A stretch of DNA of 64,000 nucleotides. It comes from Cyanidioschyzon merolae (Eukaryota). A model generated the notes under the pieces. It was not told the origin of the DNA and did no database searches. It was given only the letters and a program-made list of their open reading frames with translations. Positions 47,170-58,880 of this stretch are shown piece after piece (within the stretch, counting starts at the first letter, position 1; the number at the start of each line of letters is the position of its first letter). The translations under genes were made by a program, and so were the position numbers. The stretch lies in assembly GCA_000091205.1 (NCBI GenBank), contig AP006499.2. One strand, written 5' to 3'.

Positions 47170-48121
47170 CAGTGAGATACGATTCGATTCATCTAATGCG
47201 CCTTGTCTAGCCACGGGAGCGTCAAGTAACGCGGCAGTGCCTGGCCCTCAGCACTGAATACACAAAAGTCTTACGAAGGCTGGCGATGCCCTGCCGCAAA
47301 TCACCAGAATCACAGGGATTGGTTCGCTGCTGGGCGCTGTTTGCGCCCCGTATAGGATACAGCATGATTGTTCCGCCTTCTTTGCTTCCGTCATGTCGTG
47401 TCATACGAAACTTGGATGCTTCGAGCCGTTCTGTAGAGTATTGTGGCGGAGCGCATGCCAAAAGATGCCGCTCGTCGAGGCTCCGCGGCTGGCGAGATGC
47501 ACTTTATGCTTGGGTTCGATAGTGGAGCGCATCTGACTTGCGTGATAGGTGTCTGTTCTGGAGGGGTTGTTGGAAAAGCGGAGTCTCTGGACTGAGACAT
47601 TCAATGGTGTGCATCAACGCTATTTGCCGTTTAAATTGGCTCCGGAGCGCCTCAAATCCTGACGATCTGCCGCCGTTTTGGGCGGCATTCTCTGCACCTG
47701 CCTCAAGCAATAGATCGAGTATATCGTGGAACACTACTGGAGCATTTCTTCCCGAAGCAGACACCCGCAGCATTTCGGTCTGACGCCACTGGAGCTTAGG
47801 CTGCTTCTTCGGCAGGGGGTCTAGGTCTTTTTCCCGCAGCGGCTGCATGCAGATAAAAAGGATCCGTCCATTTCTCCAACTGAAGGAAAGATTTTATGTT
47901 CGTGCAAAAGCGGTATTTCTATCGACGGGCATGGCAATGGACACGGGAGGAACTTGAATACATTCGAAGGATTTCAGCGTGTTTAGCTTGCAGACGAACA
48001 CCTGCCTCGAAAAGCAGCTCTCAACGAACCCGACCAGATGCTCCATCGGAGAAATTCACCTTTGTATCTAATGCATGTGCCCTATAGGAATGGATGCTCC
48101 AGTGGAAGGCGCGCCAACGAC

Positions 48122-48988
48122 TCAGCACCGAACGAATCGAATCCGAAAAATCTGTCGACCGTTCAAAATGCAGCGCATCTCACGCTCGCTCCGCACGGGA
48201 TACGGAGAATCGCTCAGGTTTTCGGCGGTGAACTTTCCGCTGCTGACGAAAACCTCTCTGATATACTCGTGGACCTCTGCTACATCGGTTTGGCACACCA
48301 CTTCTGCGCCAGGGGCCAGGCCTTCCGACAAGCAGTGCACCAGCTCAGGCTGCACCACGCGTCTTTTGTGCTGACGTCGCTTAAAATAAGGATCCGGAAA
48401 GTTCAGCGAAATTCGGCGCACCATGCCCAATGTATATGTCGATATAATTTTTTCCATGGCAGCGTTCGCATTACAGCACACGAAAAAGACCCTGTCGGCC
48501 ACGTGTGCGCGCTCTGCGCGTATATTGGCGAACTCTACGAGTGGACGACGAATCTCCAATCCGACATAGTTGTAGCTTGGATCTTCCTGCGATAACTCAA
48601 GCAGAAAAGTTCCGGTCGCACAACCAATATCAATATGCAACGGTGCCCGACGATCGTTATACACTCCGACCGGCCATTCCGGTGGAAGCTCTACCAAAGT
48701 TCGCAGGTGTTCCGATAAAGGGTTCACGTGCTGCCGCACTCTCGGGCGCTTTGCGCGATCTGATCCAGAGTCTCCTACATTGGGAACCATACCTTTCAGA
48801 TCAAAACTGTTATCGGGCGCGTTCTGTGAGGCGTGGGCGCATACTAGACAGCGGCGCGACAGGCAAAGTAGCAGGCTTCGCTGAACGGAGCACGCTCCGG
48901 GCCTTGTGGCGTTCTCCACTGCGAACTGACCAAAAGCACTTCGAGGGAAGCAGAAAAGAGAGGCAAATAAAAGCCTTCTCAGGAGCAT
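48122..48988 (-). CDS. TRM8: tRNA (guanine-N7)-methyltransferase (TrmB / Trm8 / METTL1 family)
   Basis: True ATG at 48988-48986. RVRQHVNPLSE...PVGVYNDRRAPLHIDIGCATGTFLLELSQEDPSYNYVGLEIRRPLVEFANIRAE...NFPDPYFKRRQHKRRVVQPELV, with an N-terminal extension of about 70 aa. Confidence 0.8.
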   Translation of the reverse strand: MLLRRLLFASLFCFPRSAFGQFAVENATRPGACSVQRSLLLCLSRRCLVCAHASQNAPDNSFDLKGMVPNVGDSGSDRAKRPRVRQHVNPLSEHLRTLVELPPEWPVGVYNDRRAPLHIDIGCATGTFLLELSQEDPSYNYVGLEIRRPLVEFANIRAERAHVADRVFFVCCNANAAMEKIISTYTLGMVRRISLNFPDPYFKRRQHKRRVVQPELVHCLSEGLAPGAEVVCQTDVAEVHEYIREVFVSSGKFTAENLSDSPYPVRSEREMRCILNGRQIFRIRFVRC

Positions 48989-50458
48989 TCAACAGGATCA
49001 GGGCTCTTCGTGAAAGTGTATAAGGTGGAGTAACACGAAACTCTTCGGCCTTCGTGCGTGGCGCACAGGGCCAAATGCAATGCCACAGGTGGCTCTTTGA
49101 ACAGCAGGTGCTAGCCCGCGGCATCTTCATTGAGCTCCAGGGGAACAAAAGAACGAGCAGACCTGGTTATCCGGTGTTTGTATGACCCAGAAATGCAAAG
49201 ATAGTGTCCGCAGGTGAGAATCCCCCAGAATAATCAGTTTTGCTACAATATGCCGCCGATGCACGCGGAATGCGCTCGATTTATCGCATGACGCAGTCGA
49301 GGACGCTTAGGTTTTGCACCCGTGTGCATTCGTGCCTTGTCATCGACGCACCATGTGACACCCTCGATAGGATCGGTTTAGGTTCGGCATCCAGGCCTGC
49401 AGATCCGACAAACGCACCCCAGCAGTTAATGTTTGTAATTGAGGTGTGTAGATGAATCGATCCAGACGCTCCTGGATGCGCGAGTATTCAGAGCCTGGAT
49501 GCACGGGAGAGCTCTCGGTTTCGGATTGACGCCTCTTTGTTGCAGCAGCTCCACATCACCTTTCGCAACCGGAAACAGAAGCTCGATCGATCTAGTGATA
49601 CCAGGATGTTGAGTTTACAGCACGCGCATCCAGCAGCACCGAAAGCACCGCCGCCCATGTCCCGAGGAGTTCGCGCGTGTCCGCTATCCCTGAAGGTCTA
49701 CGATCGATGTAACTAGCCAGAATGCTTCAGATAAGTAGTTTTATGGGCGTGGGATCGTTTAAACGAACCAGGGATCCCCTTTCCTGATTTAGTGCAGCAC
49801 TCCAGAGCGTATACGCGGAGTTCTTCAAGGAAATTAGACGAACGGGCCAGATATGCCCTTGCGGCTTTCAGGTTGCAGTCCGTTCGACGCGACGATACCA
49901 CCTGCATTCGAGCGGAATGCGACATGAGGGCAGAATAACGCTAGCGTTGCGGCTTTTAGGACGGAGTTGGTGCACCCGCAACCCGAGTGCGATAGAGCGG
50001 GACAGCCGGGTTGTTCAAACCGGGTTGATCCATTAGAGGCCTTGTGAGACAGCAACCGAGCTTCGGTGCTGTCCGCAAGCGTAACGCTGGAGAACACACG
50101 GTTTCGGCGGCCGTGCGAGTTACTTGTCTTCGAAGGTGCACGGCTTGGTTCCCAAGCAGCTGCTCCCTGCTCGTTGAATTAGCACAGCCGTGGTACACGG
50201 GTGTCGTGTCTTTCCACCACAGCACGGCTGCTAAGCACCGGCACTCGTCGCAAAGTTCCGCTATAGACTGCGACCGCGCCTAACGCGCTCCGACCTTGAT
50301 AGCTCGAAAGCGTCCACGAATTCGTAGGGAGCGAGCCTGGAACGGAGTGCTGGTCTTCAGCGGAACTAACTGCAAAGCTACGTCTTGCACTGCAGCTACG
50401 TCCAGCGAGCGTTGACCAGGACCGCTCAGACGCCTACAGCGAATCATAGAAAGCGGGC

Positions 50459-50474
50459 CAGAAACTAGTTTCTG
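50459..50474. repeat. Perfect 16-nt palindrome CAGAAACTAGTTTCTG inside a 2.4-kb gene-free, structure-rich region (48990-51440)
   Basis: Read directly from the sequence. No long ORF with recognisable homology lies between TRM8 and S5. Confidence 0.8.
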
Positions 50475-51471
50475 TGCAGAAAAGACCTCGGACGTGTCAG
50501 CAGAGAGCCGGACTCCTCAGATCTGCAGACTCGGGTGGCCTGCGCAAGTCGTCGCCGCAGTAACGGTGACTGGACGCCGGTCCAGAAACTTTTGAGCCGC
50601 GTGACGCCAAAGTACACCCATGGTTACTTCATGCGGCAGAGCTGCACGCCTGCGAGCGTGCTCCCGGATGTGCCAGCAACTGGAGCTCGAAGACGGCAGC
50701 AGTGTCCCGTTGAAACAATGGCAACCACAGCCTGCATACCAACGAGACGCTGAGCAGAAGGTCTCCATATATCGCCAAAGCCACTGCATGCTGCTGTGTC
50801 TGTTTCGAGGTGCGCACTCAACGCCATGCGGAAGCAGCTCATCGGCCGAGCAACCGCCTCCGACAGATACTGCTTCTCGAGGAGCCGAGCAGCAACACTA
50901 GTCGACAGCGACCGGTGCTGGGGAGGCCTCGGTCACCCATGCACTTCCGGACGCTCTTGTTCTTCGACTCAACTGCGCACATGTTGTACCAGCCGCTTAC
51001 TGATGCTGGCGCGCGCATAGAGCACGTTGCTGGTGCTTCAGGGTGCATGACTAAACTGAATCACCGCGCGGGGATGTTAACGGCGAGATCGATTTTCCCG
51101 CGGTGGTGCTACTGTAGCGCCTGCTCGCAGCAGCAACAGCAGCATCAAAAGCTGCAGTCATGCCGGTACATGGTGCACTGTTTACTGCGTGCGCGTTGCG
51201 CAAGCAGAGTCCTCTATATCCCGAAATTGTGTTTCGCGCAGTCTCATCACAGGCAGTTTGTTGGCTTCGAGCGCGCTTCATCGAGTCCCGAGTTGGTATC
51301 ACAAATAAAGAAACTTTCGAATGGTGTCTTAGTCGTTGCAGTAGATGCAAACGATCGCGTGATGCCTTTCGTGCAGCACTCTTGCGGTCGCGAATGCCGA
51401 TGCCGGGGTTTGCTGTGTCGGCGTCTATGGCGTGCACGCACTCGCAGCAATAAGTACACATGCGGGAGCTT

Positions 51472-52000
51472 TTGTATCGCCAGTAAAATGGACAACATTT
51501 CATGATCATAGAGGGAAAATATATACCTTCTCACAGACGCTTCCCAGCCTTTTTCAATCAGTTGCCTGCTATCGGTTTCAGTGTTTATCCCCGCACGCGT
51601 CGAGCCTACGAGGCTATCCCAAGAAGTTGGATCGCTCCAGCTCCTTGGGTCTCGTCTTCAGTGCGACACACCTTCTGATATTAATGGCGGCGCTGACGTC
51701 TCGGTGCAAGAACTCCACGCGTGCATTGACGCTGGTTAAACTCGCCACTGCAAGGATTGCTGGAAATCGTGCCCTCTGTGTAACTACAGTCTCGTCATCG
51801 TCCCGTCTCGTAAACACCTTTCCTCGCCTGTCTCCTCTTTTTTCTTCTTCGTCACTTGCTCTGCTTCGCTCAATATTCGGCGAGAAGAGAATTTTTTCCG
51901 TTTCCTTCAGGCAGCCAACGATGACGGCCTTCCAGGATCCGGGACTTCCATGCCCATGCTTTGTCCTTGGATTTTTTATTTCTTCAAATGAACGCACTTG
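51472..52000 (-). mobile_element. 5'-truncated short TnpB/Fanzor2-like element copy S5, closest to S3, with an intact RuvC-III motif
   Basis: Minus ORF 51614-51997: MRSFEEIKNPRTKHGHGSPGSW...RASDEEEKRGDRRGK (the module shared with S2), then ...PAILAVASLTSVNARVEFLHRDVSAAINIRRCVALKTRPKELERSNFLG. The 3' core (reverse complement of 51523-51578) is CTGAAACCGATAGCAGGCAACTGATTGAAAAAGGCTGGGAAGCGTCTGTGAG. The tail GAAATGTTGTCCATTTTACTGG matches the S1 tail. Confidence 0.6.
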
Positions 52001-52208
52001 GGGTCCATCTGCGATAAACCGCGAAAAAGCATTTGCTTACACGCACCTGGGGTCGGAATATCATTGAGGTCAAAGACTAGAAGCAGAATCCTCTGGGTAC
52101 TTACGCGGGGCGTCGTCCCTCTGGCGAACTTGCGCTCGGAGAGGCGCGCGGATTGTTTATGCAGATTCTCGCGTTTCAACGCATATCAAAAAGGTTTCCG
52201 CAGGCCTC

Positions 52209-52547
52209 ATGGATACGGAACAGCCACAGGATATCTCTCCTGACGAGACTCGGCTGCGGCCTGGCGAGGTTGAGAGGAGAATAATTCAGGTGGAGTCCCA
52301 GCTGACAATGGCTAGGCGCGCCCGTCTGGTAGCCGAGGCGGCACTCGAGGCGCTCGGAACTGTTGCGCCAGAGCGCCAAGTTGCACGCGCCGTCGGCAAG
52401 TGCTTTGTGCTCTCGACACATTCTCGAGTGGAAGATCAGCTACGTGCGGAACTAGTGCGTTCGGAGGAAAGCATCGCGAGGCTCTCGGAACTCAAGTCCC
52501 TGTTTGAGAAAAAGTTAGCACCGCGCACTGTGCGCTCGGAGCATTAG
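52209..52547 (+). CDS. Small coiled-coil protein (112 aa), possibly a prefoldin beta-type subunit
   Basis: ATG at 52209. Helix - beta-hairpin - helix layout (…RLVAEAALEALGTVAPERQVARAVGKCFVLSTHSRVEDQLRAELVRSEESIARLSELKSLFEKK). The assignment is tentative. Confidence 0.35.
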   Translation: MDTEQPQDISPDETRLRPGEVERRIIQVESQLTMARRARLVAEAALEALGTVAPERQVARAVGKCFVLSTHSRVEDQLRAELVRSEESIARLSELKSLFEKKLAPRTVRSEH

Positions 52548-54096
52548 GTGCCTCATTCCGCGCAGCGAGTGCACGCAGATTTGCGCAGAACCCACGGTCC
52601 GCCGAGCTTGCGCGTTAAGAGAGCTTGACGTGTGCGTCCGGCTGCAGCTGGAGCGGTATATTGGTGAATACGGTCTCAAAGTTTGGGGCACCTGCCCAGC
52701 CGGAGCATGACAGCTGCGGATAGTTATGGGATAGCAGCATACACGAGTAGCTTCGGAAACGCAGTGTATCTGCAGCGAGCTCGCCTAACAGCCGTACTGA
52801 TGCGAGCGGCTTGCGCATAGACTGCAAACGGATCTCGATGACGCTACGAAGTGGTGCCTTTGTCTCGCCAGCTGTGTCCTCGGCATCGGGCCAGCACTGA
52901 GCCCTGTAGAATGCGAAGGACCGACTATTCGTACGATAGAATGGGGTGAGGGGTTCGCGTTGTACAGTTGCACACCACCTGTTCGTGAGCATCCGAGCGC
53001 CGCGAGTCGAGAGCTCGCGTCTTCCCATATGATCGCCAGATCAGGGGCACCTGCTGCAATGCATTGCGAAGGCCGTGCATTGCTTATCAGAGCTGGCACG
53101 CTGCATCTGCGTTGTCGCGATACAACGCGAATATGCCGTGAGCCGAGTGGTGCTCTTGTGGCAGGGGGCGTAGCGCTGCCTTGTGGCCTGCACAGCATCA
53201 CGCGATGTCATCGAACGATGACTCGCCATTGCTGTCTGTAAAGCATTTACACACAGTTATTGCGCTCATTGCATGTCATGCAACCAGGCGTCGATTGCGA
53301 GTGACTGGCCTGGGCGCAGGTGCAGTTTATGAACATGCCAGCGACCGGGTGCTCCTGGCCCTTTTTCAGACGAGTTGCTACGTAGAGCATGCGACTCCAA
53401 TATCTCAGGTCTGAATGGCTGGCAAGCTGGCTGGCCCTGGGTGCTCTGGAGATGCATCCGCAGCGTAGTCCGTGCCGGCTCGCATAACCGAACAAATATA
53501 TACATTTTTGTATCTTTTAGACCATCGATGATTCACCAGACGGTGCGCGAGACGGAAGTCACCCGCCGGGGTGGCATGCATATGACGCTCCACGAGCGCG
53601 TCGCTCGAAAGCGTCCAAGTTCCTTGGTACGCCGGGCCTCCCTGTGGCTGGCTTATCCGACAGGCCAACCACTTGTATCGTGCTTCTCTTCACGCTGATT
53701 CTATGAATCGAATACCCCCTCCTCGGCACCATGCACATGCCCGAACGCAAGTCGTTTTTCGCAGTACGTCAGATCCAAGTATTCCTGATCGTTAAATTCT
53801 TTTTAGGCACTTTTATGAATGGACGTCTAATGCTCTTCTGCTGAGCCAGCTCGCGAATCTAAGGTCGGTTGTTAATTTGAAGTTTTACGTTCAACACTCA
53901 CGAAGCGTCCGCATGAATGCGCACCGCCGATTGAAAGAACAAAATCGATCGCAATAGCGTCTACAGCCATGTTCTCGTGGAAGTATTGCTGCGTATGTGA
54001 AGGCTCAGATACACAGATATCTAAGAAGCTTGGATCCGTTCACCCTCTGGATCGAAGCACTGAGTTACAACACCAAGCTTCAGATGCTGGTACAAT

Positions 54097-55164
54097 ATGC
54101 CAAAGTGGTCGCCCTCGAGGTTCCACCGCTACCGGGCACGTCTGTTTTCTCTACTATTCGCTTACACACTAGCACTTGTTGCGTTCGCTGCAGCCCTGCG
54201 CGCACTTTCCCTTAGGGGCTTCTCTAAGACCCCATTTCCCGCCCAAAAGGCACCAGTCTCGTTGCTCATTATAGTTTTAGGTTATAATCGACCGTTGGCG
54301 CTTCGGAGGCTCTTAGAGTCGCTAGCCAAAGTCAACTGGCTGCAAACTCGTATAGACTTGAGAGTTTGGATCGATGCTGGGGATATTGCGGCTTCCTACG
54401 ACGTAGCTAAGGGCTTCCATTGGGACCACGGCCAGAAAATTGTTCGCCAACGTCTGAGGCACCACGGCCTGTGCGGGTCCTGGCTGAACGCCTGGCCAGC
54501 CTGGGACACGCACGAGTATGCCCTGATACTGGAGGATGATCTAGAGGTCCACCCACAAATTTTCGAAGTTTTCCAATACCTGATTGCAAAGGGCGTTCGG
54601 GCGAACGCTTCTGGCTTTATACTGGAAAAGCTTGCCGAGGTTCCCTGTGGGTCTCTTGTTCATTACGCTTCCAGCTGGGCCCCCGTTTTCTCGCGCCGCC
54701 TTTTCCAGGACTTCGCGCGCTGGTACGATTCACGTCGAAAATGCGCCCCAGACTTTAGACCTTTCATTCGCGGCCATGATGAAACGTACAACCTTTGGAT
54801 TCGGGAGCATCGCGACGTATGGTCACCATGGCTCCGGAGATTTCTCTTCGAACGCGGCATCGCTCTTACGTATCTGGGTTCTCTCGATCTGGTGCATAAT
54901 CATCAGGAGCGAGGTTCCAGTCGAAAGGGTGCTTCTCCTTTCTTCATTCGCACAGTTGATTGGAGGCATATCGAATTGGATCTAATTGACACCTGCGTCG
55001 TGAGAGAGCCGCCTGTGTACGAGTGCTTCCTGAAAGCGAGCAAACATTTTTGCACGCGTTTAGACGGCAATCGAAGCTCTCTTGTAGACCGAGGCTGGAT
55101 CGAGTTTTTGACGGACAAACTCTGGATCTGCTCACCATCGGCCCCGTCTGTAAAGGCGAAATGA
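54097..55164 (+). CDS. Putative type II membrane glycosyltransferase (GT-A-like fold with a DxD-type EDD motif)
   Basis: N-terminal signal-anchor LFSLLFAYTLALVAFAAAL, then LIIVLGYNRPLALRRLLESL and ALILEDDLEVHP. No exact family is named. Confidence 0.4.
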   Translation: MPKWSPSRFHRYRARLFSLLFAYTLALVAFAAALRALSLRGFSKTPFPAQKAPVSLLIIVLGYNRPLALRRLLESLAKVNWLQTRIDLRVWIDAGDIAASYDVAKGFHWDHGQKIVRQRLRHHGLCGSWLNAWPAWDTHEYALILEDDLEVHPQIFEVFQYLIAKGVRANASGFILEKLAEVPCGSLVHYASSWAPVFSRRLFQDFARWYDSRRKCAPDFRPFIRGHDETYNLWIREHRDVWSPWLRRFLFERGIALTYLGSLDLVHNHQERGSSRKGASPFFIRTVDWRHIELDLIDTCVVREPPVYECFLKASKHFCTRLDGNRSSLVDRGWIEFLTDKLWICSPSAPSVKAK

Positions 55165-55767
55165 TCGGTTTTGGGTAAGAAACACAGAGCAAGGCAAGTG
55201 AAGACGCCTATTCAGATTCTGGCATTCAGAATCCAGCTCGGATATCTATTATCTTCGAAGTGCGGCGCGCTTGAACATCCCGACCGGATGCTCTAATACT
55301 GAAATTTGCGAATGAATTTTTCGATGCCTCGAACGATGGTTCATGAAAGCGTTTTGGGCCAATCGTCCCGTATGTGCAACTGACAGAGCGTGGCGTGTTC
55401 ACAGGGCGGAGACAAAGCTATCATAACATGGAAGTTGAAGGAATCCACGTTCTGAGCGCAACGCTAGTAAACTTGACCGAGCAAGCCAGATAACCTTCGG
55501 TGACGGCGCTGAATATCTAAATGACGGCGAAGTTTGTTGGTCAAATCCGGTGACAAGGCTCAAAACACGTTCCGAGTCCAGACATACAAATCGAAGGAGC
55601 AAGGCTGTTTTACCGCATACATCTTCAGAACCAACTCACTGGGATACATATCCCCCGGTTTCTAGAATCATGCATCTTAGGCTGATGTCAATCGGACACA
55701 GCGATTTGGTAATCAATGCGGATGCGTTTGCATGAAAACGACGAAAAAGCATTCACCATCTCGGGGT

Positions 55768-58002
55768 TCAACTCGTCTGCTCCGGCTCGCGGTATCCATA
55801 CGCGACATCCTCGCGTTCGACGATACCGACTAGTTTCCCACGTTCGGTGACATATATCATTGAAGGCATCAGCATAACGAAAAGAAAATGAAGTTGTCGA
55901 ACGAGCGAGTAGCTCGTGACCACAATGGGCGAAACATCACAAGGGACGACAAGAGAGGAGGTTGGTTCCAAAACTGTCGCGGTCCGCTTGCCTTTGGATG
56001 AATGCTCGCCACTTGGCGTTTCATCGACAAGACCCTCGATATTCTCACTCAGATCCGCAGCGTCCAGAAGGACTAAGGTCCGGTGGCCGGCGATCGGCTC
56101 TGGAACATCTTCTAGTACGTGTTGCAGTCGATCCACAATTTCCTTCCGAGATATAGCGCCAAGAAGGTATCCGTTTGCGTCGATCACGGGAAAAACCAGT
56201 CTATTCGGAAACTTCTCAAGGATCCCCTTAATATGTTGTGGCTCTGAATCTGGAAAAAGATGAGGTTCTCCCTCTATCGGGTGCATGATTTCTCGAGCCG
56301 TCATCTCAGGGCTCCTATCTCTCCGCAAAATTGGCATATAGGGGAGGTGTTTCATCAGAACAAGCGTTTCGTACAGCGATCGATTGAAAGCGTTGCCCAC
56401 AATAACTGCCAGCAAAACCGAAATCAGAACAGGCACAAGGTGCCGAATCTGACCGGTTACCTCGAAGATGATTACTGCACACGAGAGCGCCCTAGTGACG
56501 CCTGCTGTGAAGGCGGCTGCCCCCACAACTGCATAGCTGCCGGGAACGATCGCATTCCCGAACACAACACGCATCAGCTCACCGTACAGCCGCCCGAAGC
56601 CGGCTCCGATGAGAAAGCTGGGCACAAAGACACCGGCGGGAAGTGGAAGACCGATGGACAAAGCAACCAAAATGAACTTAATTATAGGCATTAGTATCAG
56701 TTCTGTCCAGCCAAAATGATCCGTTTGGTACAGCGGCACAGCCTTGAACAGATCATTGATCGTGGCGCGTGGGTCCAACGCAAACAAGCGAAATGGATAC
56801 TGCAGCGCCGACGCAAAAAGCGCCACGACACCCACAAGAAAGTAGCGATTAGTGCCTGGATAGTGTCGCATTCGTAGTTCGTAGATGCTACGGACACAGC
56901 GGATGAATAATGCTCCAAGAACGCCCATGAGAGCCCCCAGAATGGCGTACAGCAAAGTTTGTGTTCGGCTCACATCGGAAGCGTCAAAGTTTGTACCCTC
57001 AAATGCCTCAACGAGTGGCGTCGTATAGAGCAGCTCGTAAACGATGGCACCGGATAGCGCACTCAGCACCCCCTTCCAAAAAGCTTGCACGAGATAGAAT
57101 GAAGCTATGGTTTCAATGGAATAGAGTACGCCTCCAAGAGGCGCACCAAACGAGGATGCAAGACCCACTGCGCATGCTGCCGCCAAAGTCTGCAGGCGCA
57201 GGGCCCGGTCTGTACAAAGCTCCTTGAAAACACCTAGCCGATAGAACTGATGAGCAATGATGCAGGCGATATGCACGTTGGGGCCCTCCCAGCCTACGGG
57301 CAGGCCACCACCGATCGCACATATGAGGCCCAGTGCTTTTGCAAAAAGAACTCGAAGTTCAAGAGCACTTCTCATTTTGTCATAGAACCCTGAAAGTATT
57401 GACTTCATCTGCGGGAGGCCGGACCCCTCCGCCTCGGTGCTTAGAACAGCGCACCAAAACGTCGACAGCAGGCACAACGCGACGCCGGATACTACGTACA
57501 GAATATAGCCGGCGAACCGTCCAGCGAGACGGCTGATCTTCATGCGCAGCTCCTCCAGTCCGTGCACCGCGAGATCCACAGCGAAAATAAACAGCGCCGC
57601 GGTCACTCCGAGCAGGGTTAAGAAACAGACGAGCCGCAGGAGGTACATCAGAGATCCCCTTGGCGTGCAGCTACCAAGCGCATTCCAACAACGGTATGCA
57701 TCTCGCGGTGAGACGGAGCCGTATGATCGCTCGTTGGCGTCAAAACCTGTGTCGTAGGGAGCCAGCCTCAGACCGCTCTCCGTTTCCTCGAGGGAGATTT
57801 GCTGACTCGATTCCGACGCTCTCGTTCCCACCGGGGTTGGATGGCGGGCGAGGTTGCCCATACTATCAAGAAGTCCATAGTCTACTTCAAGTGTCCCAGT
57901 TATTTTGGAGCTCATGAACGCTCGCTGAAGCGTTCTATGGATACGCGTCTGAAACTTGTTTTCGATGTCAACAATATGAATTGTTATTAAGGTAAACGTC
58001 AT
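55768..58002 (-). CDS. CLC: CLC-family voltage-gated chloride channel / Cl-/H+ antiporter with C-terminal CBS domains (744 aa)
   Basis: CLC selectivity motifs GSGLPQMKS, GWEGPNVHIA and AGVFVPSFLIGAGFG, with tandem CBS-like regions near the C-terminus. True ATG at 58002-58000. An internal Met (MSSKITG) is an alternative start. Confidence 0.85.
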   Translation of the reverse strand: MTFTLITIHIVDIENKFQTRIHRTLQRAFMSSKITGTLEVDYGLLDSMGNLARHPTPVGTRASESSQQISLEETESGLRLAPYDTGFDANERSYGSVSPRDAYRCWNALGSCTPRGSLMYLLRLVCFLTLLGVTAALFIFAVDLAVHGLEELRMKISRLAGRFAGYILYVVSGVALCLLSTFWCAVLSTEAEGSGLPQMKSILSGFYDKMRSALELRVLFAKALGLICAIGGGLPVGWEGPNVHIACIIAHQFYRLGVFKELCTDRALRLQTLAAACAVGLASSFGAPLGGVLYSIETIASFYLVQAFWKGVLSALSGAIVYELLYTTPLVEAFEGTNFDASDVSRTQTLLYAILGALMGVLGALFIRCVRSIYELRMRHYPGTNRYFLVGVVALFASALQYPFRLFALDPRATINDLFKAVPLYQTDHFGWTELILMPIIKFILVALSIGLPLPAGVFVPSFLIGAGFGRLYGELMRVVFGNAIVPGSYAVVGAAAFTAGVTRALSCAVIIFEVTGQIRHLVPVLISVLLAVIVGNAFNRSLYETLVLMKHLPYMPILRRDRSPEMTAREIMHPIEGEPHLFPDSEPQHIKGILEKFPNRLVFPVIDANGYLLGAISRKEIVDRLQHVLEDVPEPIAGHRTLVLLDAADLSENIEGLVDETPSGEHSSKGKRTATVLEPTSSLVVPCDVSPIVVTSYSLVRQLHFLFVMLMPSMIYVTERGKLVGIVEREDVAYGYREPEQTS

Positions 58003-58160
58003 GTGGCCGGTTAGCGCAAGCGCGCTACAATAATCATTTGAGTCTCGCAGTCTCTACAAGTTCGGTGTCAGCCTCTTGCCACTCTGGCCGTTTCTGCTTT
58101 AATTCTGTAGAACACTTTGTTCAAGCAAGAGGAATTCTCGTTCCCAGGAGCCAAAAAGCG

Positions 58161-58880
58161 CTGCTGAATATGGGTCAGGCTATGTCTAGGTGGTACGAAA
58201 CAACCCTCTTCGATGGGGCGATGGAACTCTTCGAGTCCAATACGCAACGGAAACTGCGCCAGAGACTCTTTCAGTACATGGATTGCGATGAGCCAACGAA
58301 TACTACGTCGGTGCTCGAAATAGGAGCTGGCGCAGGTTTGAATCTCCCACACTATCCGGTATGGGTCAAAGAGCTTCACGCTTCGAGTCTATCGCCCGAC
58401 TTACCACCAAAAGCTAAAAAACGAGCGAGGAAGAGGAACATCAAGGTATACTACAAACAAGGAAAGCCAATAGGTCTACCATATCCGGAAAACTCGTTCG
58501 ACTATGTCGTTGCTACGTTGATCCTTTGCTCTCTACCGGATCGCGAAGGTTTCGTGAAGGAGATCTATCGAGTACTCAAGCCAGGCGGAAAGTATTTGTT
58601 CATGGATCACGCTTGGCAAAGTGCGGAGGCTCAGACTCATCTGTCCCGCATGCTTGCCCCGCTACATCGTAGGCTAGCTCTCGGATGCAGCCTCAAAAGT
58701 GTCTGGGCTGACTCAGTTTTTACCTCTGCTGGTTTCAAACGAGAGGATCTTCATGTAGAAGAAGAGATACCGAAGGGGTTTTCATGGCTTGTAGGTAAAA
58801 TTTTTCTGGGCTATGCGACAAAGCGTCCGGAGGCTAGCGACTTTAAAATGGACGACCGGCATGGCCAGAGGGCGTGTTGA
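58161..58880 (+). CDS. Class I SAM-dependent methyltransferase (Methyltransf_11-like)
   Basis: VLEIGAGAGLNL (motif I), LPYPENSFDYVVATLILCSLPD and YRVLKPGGKYLFMDH. The ORF track starts at TTG 58038. The first ATG is at 58161. Divergently arranged with CLC (158-bp intergenic region). Confidence 0.6.
   Translation: MLNMGQAMSRWYETTLFDGAMELFESNTQRKLRQRLFQYMDCDEPTNTTSVLEIGAGAGLNLPHYPVWVKELHASSLSPDLPPKAKKRARKRNIKVYYKQGKPIGLPYPENSFDYVVATLILCSLPDREGFVKEIYRVLKPGGKYLFMDHAWQSAEAQTHLSRMLAPLHRRLALGCSLKSVWADSVFTSAGFKREDLHVEEEIPKGFSWLVGKIFLGYATKRPEASDFKMDDRHGQRAC

Noticed and set aside
47504-47848. 114-aa ORF between the flavoprotein and TRM8 genes
   Set aside because: It has no recognisable family, and its short length gives insufficient evidence.
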